Positions 10,174-19,120 of a stretch of 64,000 nt of DNA are shown here, one piece after another (the stretch's first letter is position 1; each line of letters begins with the position of its first letter). Both the position numbers and the translations under genes were made by a program. The notes under the pieces were generated by a model. The model was given only the letters and a program-made list of their open reading frames with translations. It was not told where the DNA came from and ran no database searches. Origin of the DNA: Methylobacter sp. (GTDB taxonomy: Bacteria > Pseudomonadota > Gammaproteobacteria > Methylococcales > Methylomonadaceae); contig JBAZWN010000008.1 in NCBI GenBank assembly GCA_041660285.1, positions 6,110 through 70,109 on the forward strand, written 5' to 3'.

Positions 10174-11919
10174 ATGTATTATCAAGGCGTAAAGAAAACA
10201 ATAGTTGCTCGTCCCGCCGGGAAAAAACGCGCGTTTGCGGGAGAAATGCACCCCGTATTGGAGCGCATATTTCTGGCGCGGGGTTTAACGTCGGAAGCGG
10301 AACTGGACAGAACGCTGGCAAAACTGCCGTCACCGTGGCTGTTATCCGGCATGGAAGAGATGGTGGACCATTTGATCACTGCCATCCATTCACAGCAGAA
10401 AATCTGCATCGTCGCCGACTTTGATGCTGACGGTGCAACCAGTTGCGCCGTGGCTATCAAGGGTTTGCAACTGCTGGGGGCGGGGGATGTCACATTCGTC
10501 GTGCCAAACCGCTTTGAATACGGTTATGGACTGACGCCTGAAATCGTCGATCTGGTTAAACTGCAAAATCCCGACGTCGTCATTACCGTTGATAACGGCA
10601 TTTCAAGTATTGAAGGCGTAAAAGTAGCCAAAGAGCTGGGCATAAAAGTCCTGGTTACAGACCACCATTTGCCAGGCAATGAACTGCCAAGCGCCGATGC
10701 CATCGTAAACCCTAATCTGGCCGGCGATCAATTCCCCAGTGGCGCGCTTGCCGGCGTTGGCGTTATTTTCTATGTCCTAATGGCTTTAAGGAGTCGGCTG
10801 AGAGAGCAAAACTGGTTCGAGCAGCATCAGGTTCAAGAGCCCAATCTTGCCCAATTGCTGGATTATGTTGCACTGGGTACCGTCGCCGATGTGGTTGCGC
10901 TGGATCAAATCAACCGGATTCTGGTGCATCAGGGCTTGTTGAGAATACGCACAGGCCGGGCGCATCCCGGTATAAATGCGCTTATTGAAGTGTCAGGAAG
11001 AAAGTCCGAATCCATATTCGCATCGGATTTGGGTTTTGCGCTGGGGCCAAGGCTTAATGCGGCGGGACGCATGGATGATATGTCGTTAGGAATTCAATGC
11101 CTGCTGACAGAAGATCCTGCCCACGCGAAAGAAATAGCACTGCAACTGGATGACCTGAACAATGACCGGCGGGAGATTGAAGGGCAAATGAAAAACGAGG
11201 CCATGGCCTTGTTGAGCGAGATGAAAACGCTTGATGAACACCATTTGCCTGCGGGTGTTTGCCTGTTTGATGCCAACTGGCATCAGGGGGTTGTAGGGAT
11301 TTTAGCATCGCGCATAAAAGATCAGCTGCACCGCCCCGTTATTGCCTTTGCACCCGTCGGAAAAGATGAAATAAAAGGTTCTGCACGTTCAATCACTGGC
11401 GTCCATATTCGCGACGTACTGGCTGATATTGCCGCAGCGCACCCTAAATTGCTGAGTAAATTTGGCGGCCATGCGATGGCGGCGGGGCTAAGTTTGAAGA
11501 TGCACGATTATCCGCCGTTCGCATTGGCTTTTGATGAGATGGTTAGAAAACGTTTGGCGACTGTCGATCTGGAACAGAAAATTTATTCCGATGGTGAGTT
11601 GACGGAAACGGAAATGACTATAGAATTCGCTGATTTGTTACAAAATGCAGCTACCTGGGGGCATGAATTTCCGGAACCTGTTTTTGACGGGGTGTTTGAC
11701 GTTATTCAATCGCGCATTGTCGGGCAGCGGCATCTTAAACTGGTGCTGAGAAAACCAAGCGGCGATTTACTCATAGACGCTATTGCTTTTTATGTCGACC
11801 AGCCGGAGAACTGGTTAGGCCTGCGGCATATTAAGGCGGCTTACAAACTGGACATCAATGAATTCAGGGGGAATCGCAGCGTTCAGTTTATAGTGCAGTA
11901 TCTGGAAAAAATCACATAA
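10174..11919 (+). CDS. recJ: Single-stranded-DNA-specific exonuclease RecJ
   Basis: DFDADG, TVDNG, TDHH (DHH), GTVADV, PRLNAAGR, GGHAMAAG (DHHA1) motifs. Confidence 0.98.
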   Translation: MYYQGVKKTIVARPAGKKRAFAGEMHPVLERIFLARGLTSEAELDRTLAKLPSPWLLSGMEEMVDHLITAIHSQQKICIVADFDADGATSCAVAIKGLQLLGAGDVTFVVPNRFEYGYGLTPEIVDLVKLQNPDVVITVDNGISSIEGVKVAKELGIKVLVTDHHLPGNELPSADAIVNPNLAGDQFPSGALAGVGVIFYVLMALRSRLREQNWFEQHQVQEPNLAQLLDYVALGTVADVVALDQINRILVHQGLLRIRTGRAHPGINALIEVSGRKSESIFASDLGFALGPRLNAAGRMDDMSLGIQCLLTEDPAHAKEIALQLDDLNNDRREIEGQMKNEAMALLSEMKTLDEHHLPAGVCLFDANWHQGVVGILASRIKDQLHRPVIAFAPVGKDEIKGSARSITGVHIRDVLADIAAAHPKLLSKFGGHAMAAGLSLKMHDYPPFALAFDEMVRKRLATVDLEQKIYSDGELTETEMTIEFADLLQNAATWGHEFPEPVFDGVFDVIQSRIVGQRHLKLVLRKPSGDLLIDAIAFYVDQPENWLGLRHIKAAYKLDINEFRGNRSVQFIVQYLEKIT

Positions 11920-11920
11920 A

Positions 11921-11943
11921 AAAGGGCGGATAAACCGCCCTTT
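11921..11943. terminator. Bidirectional terminator between convergent recJ and the PPIase gene
   Basis: AAAGGGCGG-ATAAA-CCGCCCTTT perfect 9-bp stem. Confidence 0.8.
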
Positions 11944-11965
11944 GTCTACTTAAGTAAAAAAGAAT

Positions 11966-13021
11966 TTATTTTTTAATTTCGGTAGGTATTGCTTTAACTG
12001 CTTCTGCAGCCTTGGCTGGTTCCGCCGCTTCTTTAACAGGTTCTGCAGTTTTCTCAACTGCGCCTTCAACAGCTTTAGCCGGCTCTGCTGCTTTATCAGT
12101 TGTAGCTGGTGCAGCTTGCTCTGCTGGAGCATTCTCAGCCGGCGCAGGTGTTGCTGCAGCTTCTTCAGCCTTAGGTTTTTCGTCAGTCAGCGGCACCAGA
12201 ATCTCAACTTGTGCCTGTTTGCGCAAGTTTCCTAACATAGTTTGGACTTTTTGGCGTTGCAGGTAAGGCATCAGTTGATCTTTCACCGCTTCCAGTGGCG
12301 GTGGCGTTAACGCGCGGGAATCTTCTCTTAAAATGATATGCCAGCCAAACTGGGTCTGAACCGGTGTGGTCGTGTATTTGCCTTTTTCCAGGGCGACAAC
12401 CGCTTCTGAGAAAGGCGCAACCATTTGGCTGGTAACAAACCAGCCCAAATCACCACCATTTTGAGTTTCTTTAGCATCCAAGGAATGCTTGTTGGCTAGC
12501 TTGGCAAAATCAGCGCCTTTACCCAATTCAGCAATCAGTTTTTTCGCTTCGTCTTCAGTTTTAACCAGGATATGGCTAGCTTTATACTCGGTTCCGTTTT
12601 CGGCGGCGACTTTGCTGTCATATTCGGCTTTAACTTCAGCCTCAGTTACCGGGTTGGCTTTCATGAAGTCTTTCAGGTCAGCTTGTGAAAGCAATGACTT
12701 TTTAGCGTCTTCAAGCTGCTTGATAACGTCAGGTGATTTATCAAGTTGCTTTTTAAGAGCATCCTGAATCAACAATTCGCGTTGAACAAGCTCTTCAATC
12801 AGTTTTTCTTTAGGAAAAGTTTGTCCATGACTACGCTCTGCAATCTCGCTTTCCAATTCAGCAAGAGTTGATTTGGCAATGTACTGACCATTTACGACAG
12901 CAACGGCATCTTCTTTTGCAACGGCAGGCGCGCTGCTGGTGGCGGCAGTTTTGTCCTGATTACAACCGGCAACCAGCAATGCTGTACCGGCAACAAGTAG
13001 AGGTATGAATTTCTTTTTCAT
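11966..13021 (-). CDS. PpiC/parvulin-type peptidylprolyl isomerase lipoprotein
   Basis: Lipobox LVAGC; ASHILV, GGDLGWF, MVAPFSEAV, QFGWHII rotamase motifs; Ala/Glu/Pro/Lys-rich tail. Confidence 0.92.
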   Translation of the reverse strand: MKKKFIPLLVAGTALLVAGCNQDKTAATSSAPAVAKEDAVAVVNGQYIAKSTLAELESEIAERSHGQTFPKEKLIEELVQRELLIQDALKKQLDKSPDVIKQLEDAKKSLLSQADLKDFMKANPVTEAEVKAEYDSKVAAENGTEYKASHILVKTEDEAKKLIAELGKGADFAKLANKHSLDAKETQNGGDLGWFVTSQMVAPFSEAVVALEKGKYTTTPVQTQFGWHIILREDSRALTPPPLEAVKDQLMPYLQRQKVQTMLGNLRKQAQVEILVPLTDEKPKAEEAAATPAPAENAPAEQAAPATTDKAAEPAKAVEGAVEKTAEPVKEAAEPAKAAEAVKAIPTEIKK

Positions 13022-13300
13022 TTACAAACTTCCTTTGGTTTCTTCGGTGGGTGAGAGGGCATTAATGCCTAAGGCATGAATTTCTTGTTTCATCATGTCG
13101 CCCAGCGCTTGATAAACAAGCTGATGGCGCTGAACTAAAGATTTTCCTTCAAAAGCGTCAGCTACGATGGTGACATGATAATGGCCGCCGCCGCTACGTG
13201 CGCCGGCGTGTCCGGCATGACCGGCACTGTTATCGATGATTTCCAGCAGCTCTGGCTTAAAGGCATCATTTAATAATGATCTGATTTGTTCGGATGTCAT
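13022..13300 (-). CDS. bolA: BolA family protein
   Basis: [31 protein letters not shown] motifs. Confidence 0.92.
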   Translation of the reverse strand: MTSEQIRSLLNDAFKPELLEIIDNSAGHAGHAGARSGGGHYHVTIVADAFEGKSLVQRHQLVYQALGDMMKQEIHALGINALSPTEETKGSL

Positions 13301-13599
13301 TGTGGAAAGACCTTTTTAAATGGTTTAACGATAACCTTGGCATATACTCCGGCATCGATATAAGGATCAACGTCCGCCCATTGCTGGGCATCTGTCAGGC
13401 TATCGAACTCGGCGACTATTAAGCTACCGGTAAACCCGGCTTCTCCCGGATTGTCGCTGTCAACAGCAGGATGCGGACCGGCTAAAACCAGTCTTCCGGC
13501 ATCCTGTAGTTCCTGCAGCCTCTTGATATGCGCAGGGCGCACTGACATTCTTCTGTCCAGACTGTCCGCTACATCTTCACTGATAATTGCGTATAACAT
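13297..13599 (-). CDS. yciI: YciI family protein
   Basis: [23 protein letters not shown] motifs. Confidence 0.93.
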   Translation of the reverse strand: MLYAIISEDVADSLDRRMSVRPAHIKRLQELQDAGRLVLAGPHPAVDSDNPGEAGFTGSLIVAEFDSLTDAQQWADVDPYIDAGVYAKVIVKPFKKVFPQ

Positions 13600-13602
13600 T
13601 TC

Positions 13603-14139
13603 TTATTTCTCTGTATCGGGGATGTATTTATATAAAAAAATCATTTGCAGCAGGATGAAAATAACCATCAAGCCCGGTACGCCAAATGTTTTGAAGGTAA
13701 CCCAGTCGTCGGTGTTGTAATTGTACATCACGTAAAGATTGATAAAGCCTACGCTGATAAAGAAGCTACCCCACATGACGTTCAACCGTTTCCAAACATG
13801 TGCCGGTAAAGTTAAGCTGCCGGACATCATTCTTTCAACGAATGGTTTTTTGCCAATAAACTGGCTGCCCAAAAAGGCTGCGCCAAACAGCCATTCTATG
13901 ATGGACAGCTTCCATTTGATGAATTGTTCATCCTGGAAATAGAGGGTTGCACCACCCATTACCAGAATCAGCCCCAATGTAATCCATTGCATGATTTCGA
14001 CTTTACGGTGTCTAAACCAGGTGTAAGCGACCTGAATAACAGTGGCTGCGATAACAACAGCCGTGGCGACATAAATATCGTAAAGCTTAAACGCGATAAA
14101 AAATAAAATAATCGGAAAAAATTCGAAAAGCTGTTTCAT
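13603..14139 (-). CDS. yciB: Septation protein A / inner membrane-spanning protein YciB (IspZ)
   Basis: FIKWK, W..LN..W..FF and WVTFKTFG motifs; yciB-yciI-bolA-ppiC synteny. Confidence 0.92.
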   Translation of the reverse strand: MKQLFEFFPIILFFIAFKLYDIYVATAVVIAATVIQVAYTWFRHRKVEIMQWITLGLILVMGGATLYFQDEQFIKWKLSIIEWLFGAAFLGSQFIGKKPFVERMMSGSLTLPAHVWKRLNVMWGSFFISVGFINLYVMYNYNTDDWVTFKTFGVPGLMVIFILLQMIFLYKYIPDTEK

Positions 14140-14159
14140 AGTAACCGGAAGTGGAGTGG

Positions 14160-14507
14160 TCAGGCGTAAAGATCAATGCCTGTAATCAATTGAGTGCGTT
14201 GATCCTGCAGAGGCGAGTTGAGTTCCTGGCTGTAAGCCGATAGAGCCTTTGAAGTCTTGGCATCAATTGGTTTGATAAGATTAACCTGCTTTGTTGAATC
14301 AAGTCCCAAGCCGGCATTATCTAATGTCTTTTTTATCTCGTCAGGCGTGGAAGAGGGCAAAAGCGCCTGATTCAGCTGTTTGTTTTTGGAGTCTTTCGAG
14401 ACTAACAACTCATCTTTTTCGCTTTTACTTTGTGCGCCATTATTCTTGCCAACTTGCTGGTTAAGGCCAATGGGCGAAAAAGCTAACGATGAACTGTGAA
14501 TTTTCAT
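14160..14507 (-). CDS. Hypothetical protein, possibly motility-associated
   Basis: 115-aa ORF in the same orientation as yciB; ends GIDLYA; sigma28-like sequence upstream. Confidence 0.6.
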   Translation of the reverse strand: MKIHSSSLAFSPIGLNQQVGKNNGAQSKSEKDELLVSKDSKNKQLNQALLPSSTPDEIKKTLDNAGLGLDSTKQVNLIKPIDAKTSKALSAYSQELNSPLQDQRTQLITGIDLYA

Positions 14508-14591
14508 GTATGAAGCAAAAAACTATCGATGCGTCATTGTAAAATCTTTAATAAGGAATGTACATGCTTGAATAGCTGTTTCTGCTAGAAT

Positions 14592-14915
14592 ATGGCTTAT
14601 TTTTGGAGCAAATCTGTGGACAAAAGCACACAAACAGAATTAGAGGCGGCTGCATTCAGACATTTGGTCAGCCATTTGCAAAAACATACTGAAGTCCAGA
14701 ACATCGACCTGATGATTCTGGCGGATTTTTGCAGAAACTGTCTGGCGAAATGGTATGCGGCGGCGGCAGTAGAGCGGGGTGTGGAAATGGATTACGAGCA
14801 GGCCAGGGAAGTGGTGTATGGCATGCCTTACAAGGAATGGAAAGATAAATACCAAACCGAAGCGACGGCAGAGCAACTGGCCGCCTATGACCGCAAACAA
14901 CAAGCAAAAGCATGA
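14592..14915 (+). CDS. DUF1244 family protein
   Basis: ELEAAAFRHLV, VQNIDLM, FCRNCL, YGMPY..WK pattern typical of DUF1244; true start may be a few codons downstream. Confidence 0.85.
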   Translation: MAYFWSKSVDKSTQTELEAAAFRHLVSHLQKHTEVQNIDLMILADFCRNCLAKWYAAAAVERGVEMDYEQAREVVYGMPYKEWKDKYQTEATAEQLAAYDRKQQAKA

Positions 14916-15649
14916 TTACAACTAAATCGCAATACGACGCCATGTTTTCAGGCGTCATTGGACAAGACTATGACACGCTCAATTTGATCTGCCCTTTGGC
15001 GACCGAAATGAGCCGGCTGGTGGGCATTGCCGTCAGTGACTATGCTGCAAAAACTACCGGCAATCTCAGCGTTGTAGAACTGGGCGGCGGCACCGGTATC
15101 ACCACCTTATCACTATTAACGGCATCGGATAAACTCAGTATTTTAAGCATCGACAACGAGCCGGTCATGCAGGAACAGGCCAAAAAACACCTGAGCAAAT
15201 GGATAACCGAAGGCAAGCTGACTTTTAGCGGCGATGATGCGTTGACTGCATTAAAAAATATTGCGGCTGATAGCGTTGACATAGTGGCGTCCGCCTATAC
15301 CTTGCACAATTTTCTCGATTCCTACCGCAAGGAAGTGATGCAGCAGATTTTCAGGATTTTAAAACCCGGTGGCCAATTCATTAACGGCGACCGTTATGGT
15401 TTGGATGACATTTCCAAGCATACGCGAACCATACAGGAAGAAGTCAGCGGTTATTTCAAGGTGCTGACCAGGATTAACAAGCTGGACGTGCTGGAGCACT
15501 GGATAGTCCATTTATTTAATGATGAATCAGAAAACCACGTCATGCGTGAAACGGCAGCGCTTGATCAGCTGCGTGACGCCGGCTTTTCAGAAATCAAGCT
15601 TGCCCACAGGCTTGAAGTTAATGCGCTGGTGACTGCGGTAAAACCATAG
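14912..15649 (+). CDS. Class I SAM-dependent methyltransferase
   Basis: VVELGGGTG motif I, LKPGGQFI motif. Confidence 0.88.
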   Translation: MITTKSQYDAMFSGVIGQDYDTLNLICPLATEMSRLVGIAVSDYAAKTTGNLSVVELGGGTGITTLSLLTASDKLSILSIDNEPVMQEQAKKHLSKWITEGKLTFSGDDALTALKNIAADSVDIVASAYTLHNFLDSYRKEVMQQIFRILKPGGQFINGDRYGLDDISKHTRTIQEEVSGYFKVLTRINKLDVLEHWIVHLFNDESENHVMRETAALDQLRDAGFSEIKLAHRLEVNALVTAVKP

Positions 15650-15656
15650 AACGCTT

Positions 15657-16898
15657 ATGAATTCCCTATTTAAAATGCTCTTCCTGCTTATTCTGGCAAT
15701 AGCACTCAGCGGCTGCGCGAGTTTAGGCAAAGGCGTCGCCGAAGCTTTTCTGGAAAAACAGCAATCGGCCGACACGCGGCTTTGCGAAATATGGGGAAAA
15801 CCATTCCAAGGACTCTCTCCGTTCCTGAACAACCACAAAGGCAAAATGAAGGTGCTGATGGTGCATGGGGTAGGTGACCATCTGCCGGGCTACTCCACGC
15901 AATTTGTAGAAAAACTGGCTAAGGAACTTGATTTGCCGGTGATGTCGGCGCAGTACAAAAACATCACGCTGACCAGCCGGCTTGATTCAAGCAAAAACCT
16001 GGGCAACCTGAGAATCAACCGGTTGCTGAGCAAAGACAGAAGCAGGGAGCTGATGTTTTATGAATTAACCTGGTCTGTCATTACCGCCAAGCAAAAAGAA
16101 GTGCTTGTCTATGACAATTCAGGGGAATACTCCTTCCGCAGAGCGGAAGTAAACGACTTGCTGAAGAAATTCTCCAATGATACCGGCCCCGATCCCATCA
16201 TCTATCTGGGAGAGAGCAGGGAGGACATACTGGTTTCGTTCGGCCAGTCATTTTGCTGGATGATCAAAAGCGGTTGGGACGGCCTTCCTGACGACGTAAA
16301 GCAAGCCTGTTCCTTTAACGACGATGGCGCGGCAGCGAATTTGCCTGTCGATCAGTATGCTTTTGTTTCGCACAGCCTGGGCAGCCGCATCATTATCGAC
16401 GGCATGCAGCGCATTGCTGCTTTGCTGGGCGAGCGCGATGCCGATTTTGGCGAGGCTTTAAAGACCAAGGAAATCCCCATTTACATGATGTCCAATCAAC
16501 TGCCCATGCTGCAGTTGGGGCGTAAACTGCCCGATGTAAGCAACCAAAAAGCCGCATATTGCCAGCCGGGTGGCGAAAAATATAACCAGCGTATGCTGGC
16601 TAGGACGCCCATCATCGCGTTTAGCGATCCCAACGATCTTTTAAGTTACGCAATTCCTCACGGCTTTGCAGAAAAGTATCTGGATTCAAGGCTTTGCATA
16701 GATGTCACTAACATCAACATCAATGTAGCAACTATTTTTGACGCTTTCGGCCTGGGTAAAATGGCCAACCCGATCAATGCACACGTAGGTTACGATACCG
16801 ATGACAGGGTGGTTGCGCTTATCGCCAAAGGCATAGGTAATAAGAATACATCCGGGATTGTTAATGACCGCTGCCGCTGGACTGAGACAATAGACTGA
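15657..16898 (+). CDS. Lipoprotein with probable alpha/beta-hydrolase fold
   Basis: Lipobox LSGC; VHGVG, SHSLG nucleophile elbow, DLLSY and AHVGY as candidate Asp/His. Confidence 0.7.
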   Translation: MNSLFKMLFLLILAIALSGCASLGKGVAEAFLEKQQSADTRLCEIWGKPFQGLSPFLNNHKGKMKVLMVHGVGDHLPGYSTQFVEKLAKELDLPVMSAQYKNITLTSRLDSSKNLGNLRINRLLSKDRSRELMFYELTWSVITAKQKEVLVYDNSGEYSFRRAEVNDLLKKFSNDTGPDPIIYLGESREDILVSFGQSFCWMIKSGWDGLPDDVKQACSFNDDGAAANLPVDQYAFVSHSLGSRIIIDGMQRIAALLGERDADFGEALKTKEIPIYMMSNQLPMLQLGRKLPDVSNQKAAYCQPGGEKYNQRMLARTPIIAFSDPNDLLSYAIPHGFAEKYLDSRLCIDVTNININVATIFDAFGLGKMANPINAHVGYDTDDRVVALIAKGIGNKNTSGIVNDRCRWTETID

Positions 16899-17185
16899 AG
16901 GCTAAAGTAATCTGGAGCGCGCGCGAGCTCTTTTCCAGCTCTTATATTTCTCCGATATCTTAACCAGCGTGTTTAAATAAAATAAGGTTATAAATAAAAC
17001 CAGCAACGTTATCAGCGATACCAGTTTTAAGAACTTCTGGAATAACCAGTTCATTATTTCGACCTTTGAGTGCATGGATTCTTTCATGCGCTCAATTATA
17101 GCGAAGTTACGCAGGAAATGTACGTAACAATAGAGCAGAGCGTGCTGCGGTAAAAAACAGGCCGCATATACCAACTCGTAATATT

Positions 17186-17213
17186 ATTTAACATAATATA
17201 CATTATGCGAAGT
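17186..17213 (-). other. dif site (XerC/XerD chromosome dimer resolution site)
   Basis: Minus strand reads ACTTCGCATAA-TGTATA-TTATGTTAAAT: the 6-bp core and XerD arm are identical to E. coli dif (GGTGCGCATAA TGTATA TTATGTTAAAT); gene orientation flips around it. Confidence 0.95.
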
Positions 17214-17265
17214 GTAGGCATAACCCTTGCATTAGTCTGGCTTTTACTTGCAAGGAGCCAAAACC

Positions 17266-17727
17266 ATGACACAGCTAACCACCACGCTTAACAGCAGCTT
17301 TAAAGAATGGCGACAAACCGCCCAATATTCAATTGAAGATTGTCAGCGTATATTCTGCGTTACTAAAAGAACTATAAACAATTGGGAATCAGAAAGAATA
17401 AAGCCGCCCCGTGCGGTTTTTATTTGCCTAATGCTTTTTGCTGGGCGTCTCGATCACCTGGGCAAACAATGGCGAGGATTCAGAATCACGCCGGAATACA
17501 TAGAATCGCCTGAAGGTGATTTTGTGCATTGTCAGGAAATCAGAGCCTTAAGATACGCATTTCAGGCGTTAGATATAAAGCGAGACAAAATACTCAGAAC
17601 AAGTGAAAATAAACCGGAAAACGTAATATTTCTGCCAATCACAAAAAAGAAAACTAATACACACACCATAAAAAAGCGTTCAAAAATAACCGAATCAAGA
17701 CCAAGGAATAACCGGAGAAAGACATGA
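17266..17727 (+). CDS. Phage-type HTH regulator with DUF3653-like C-terminal domain
   Basis: AAGGAG RBS before ATG 17266; N-terminal XRE-like HTH (FCVTKRTINNWE); QWRGFRI...IESPEG segment typical of DUF3653 proteins. Confidence 0.75.
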   Translation: MTQLTTTLNSSFKEWRQTAQYSIEDCQRIFCVTKRTINNWESERIKPPRAVFICLMLFAGRLDHLGKQWRGFRITPEYIESPEGDFVHCQEIRALRYAFQALDIKRDKILRTSENKPENVIFLPITKKKTNTHTIKKRSKITESRPRNNRRKT

Positions 17728-18257
17728 ATTTAAAGCTAGAGATATTGATTATTATAGCCTTAATAACAACCTCAGCCTTTATCAAGGCAATAATAGAAAG
17801 CAACAATAACAAGAAAATATGGCCGTTTTACGCTAAAAAACTACTCTCACAACCTGAACAAATACTCTATTTCCGGTTACTAGAAGCTTTGCCAAACCAT
17901 ATAATTCTTGCACAAGTTCAGCTTTCTCAACTACTAGGCATTAAAAAAGGCAACAATCATCAATCATGGTTGAATCGAATCAGCAGAATGAGTGTTGATT
18001 TTGTAGTGTGCAATAAAGATTCGAGTATCGTAGCTGCCATCGAACTTGATGACGCAACACATTTAAGAAAACATCGTAAAGCAGCCGATGCCAAAAAAGA
18101 TAAGGCGCTAAATTCAGCCAACGTTCAAATAATACGGTGGCATGTAAAGTCAATACCTGACATCGTTGCCATCCAAACAAGTATTTTACCCCCTGCTCTT
18201 TCCGCCGAATCTAACGCAAAAATTCTACAAAATAGCGAAATATTAGCAAAATCCTAA
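17724..18257 (+). CDS. DUF2726 family protein
   Basis: N-terminal TM anchor; LLSQPEQ..Y..L, AQVQLSQLL, VDFVVC, AIELDDATH (PD-D/ExK-like) pattern. Confidence 0.88.
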   Translation: MNLKLEILIIIALITTSAFIKAIIESNNNKKIWPFYAKKLLSQPEQILYFRLLEALPNHIILAQVQLSQLLGIKKGNNHQSWLNRISRMSVDFVVCNKDSSIVAAIELDDATHLRKHRKAADAKKDKALNSANVQIIRWHVKSIPDIVAIQTSILPPALSAESNAKILQNSEILAKS

Positions 18258-18293
18258 ATGATTGTTTTTAAATAATAAAGTTAAAACTTTTGT

Positions 18294-18326
18294 ACAAGAG
18301 TCCACTGGTTATAGTATGTGGACTCT
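18294..18326 (-). other. Hairpin resembling the filamentous-phage plus-strand replication origin, copy 1
   Basis: 9-bp stem AGAGTCCAC/GTGGACTCT; minus strand AGAGTCCACATACTATAACCAGTGGACTCTTGT aligns at 27/33 positions with f1 ori GGAGTCCACGTTCTTTAATAGTGGACTCTTGT (f1 sequence recalled from cloning vectors). Confidence 0.65.
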
Positions 18327-18349
18327 ATGAGATCAGAAAAATTGAAGGG

Positions 18350-19120
18350 TTAGACCATGCAAGATACAATTTTCACATTTTTCAGATTGTTAGTGAAATT
18401 AACATCTGTAAACGGAGAAAATTTGAAGGCTTGAACTCCTGGAGTTCCTGCGGCATCAATATAGGAAATTGAAAGCTTTACTTCATACTCAGCTTGGGGT
18501 GTTTTGTACCGCCAATTCAATCTTTTGTCTTGTTCGTGAATCCATGAGAACACCTTTGCGAGGTTGGAGTACTCAATCTCAGGCTCATAAATGAAAACCA
18601 CATTAGTTGCTGTATTTCCGAGATTCTTGATAGATGAATAATAGTCTGCCTTGCCACCGCTGAGCGTCACGTTAACGTCATGAAAAACAAACAAAGGGCG
18701 TGCATCTCTGACTTGGCGGTCGCGTTCGAAACGGATGGTTTCGAGCTCTGCATCCATTTGCTTTCGTGAAACCTCAACCAGATTTCTTTGCTGCTCAACA
18801 GAGTTATGCAACTCTTCGGCCTGTAAATTGAGTGCGTGAGTATTCTGCCGTAATTCAATGCCCTGTTGGAAAAAGCCGAGAATTAACCAGAAAGTAGCAA
18901 GTGGACCAAATACGCCAGCCAAGAAATCGCCAATATTGTTAGGCGACAAATTCTTGATATCGCTGAGGCGATCATCGAAAAACCACCATAGCGCCCCCAC
19001 ATAAACGGCTGTGCAAACAATTGAAATCGACTCATAAATGACTAATAAATGATTATTAAAAGTAAAAGTATAAACATTGGCTGCTTCGCTGCCAATTAAT
19101 AAGCGATATGAAACTTTCAA
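18350..19120 (-). CDS. Hypothetical membrane protein with coiled coil
   Basis: Two TM segments around NNIGDFLAGVFGPLATFWLILGFFQQG, then a Gln/Glu-rich helix; start codon uncertain. Confidence 0.75.
   Translation of the reverse strand: MKVSYRLLIGSEAANVYTFTFNNHLLVIYESISIVCTAVYVGALWWFFDDRLSDIKNLSPNNIGDFLAGVFGPLATFWLILGFFQQGIELRQNTHALNLQAEELHNSVEQQRNLVEVSRKQMDAELETIRFERDRQVRDARPLFVFHDVNVTLSGGKADYYSSIKNLGNTATNVVFIYEPEIEYSNLAKVFSWIHEQDKRLNWRYKTPQAEYEVKLSISYIDAAGTPGVQAFKFSPFTDVNFTNNLKNVKIVSCMV

Noticed and set aside
16902-17174. 90-aa ORF next to dif (possible small membrane protein)
   Set aside because: One hydrophobic stretch in AT-rich DNA, no recognisable motif or clear RBS; cannot be supported from sequence alone.
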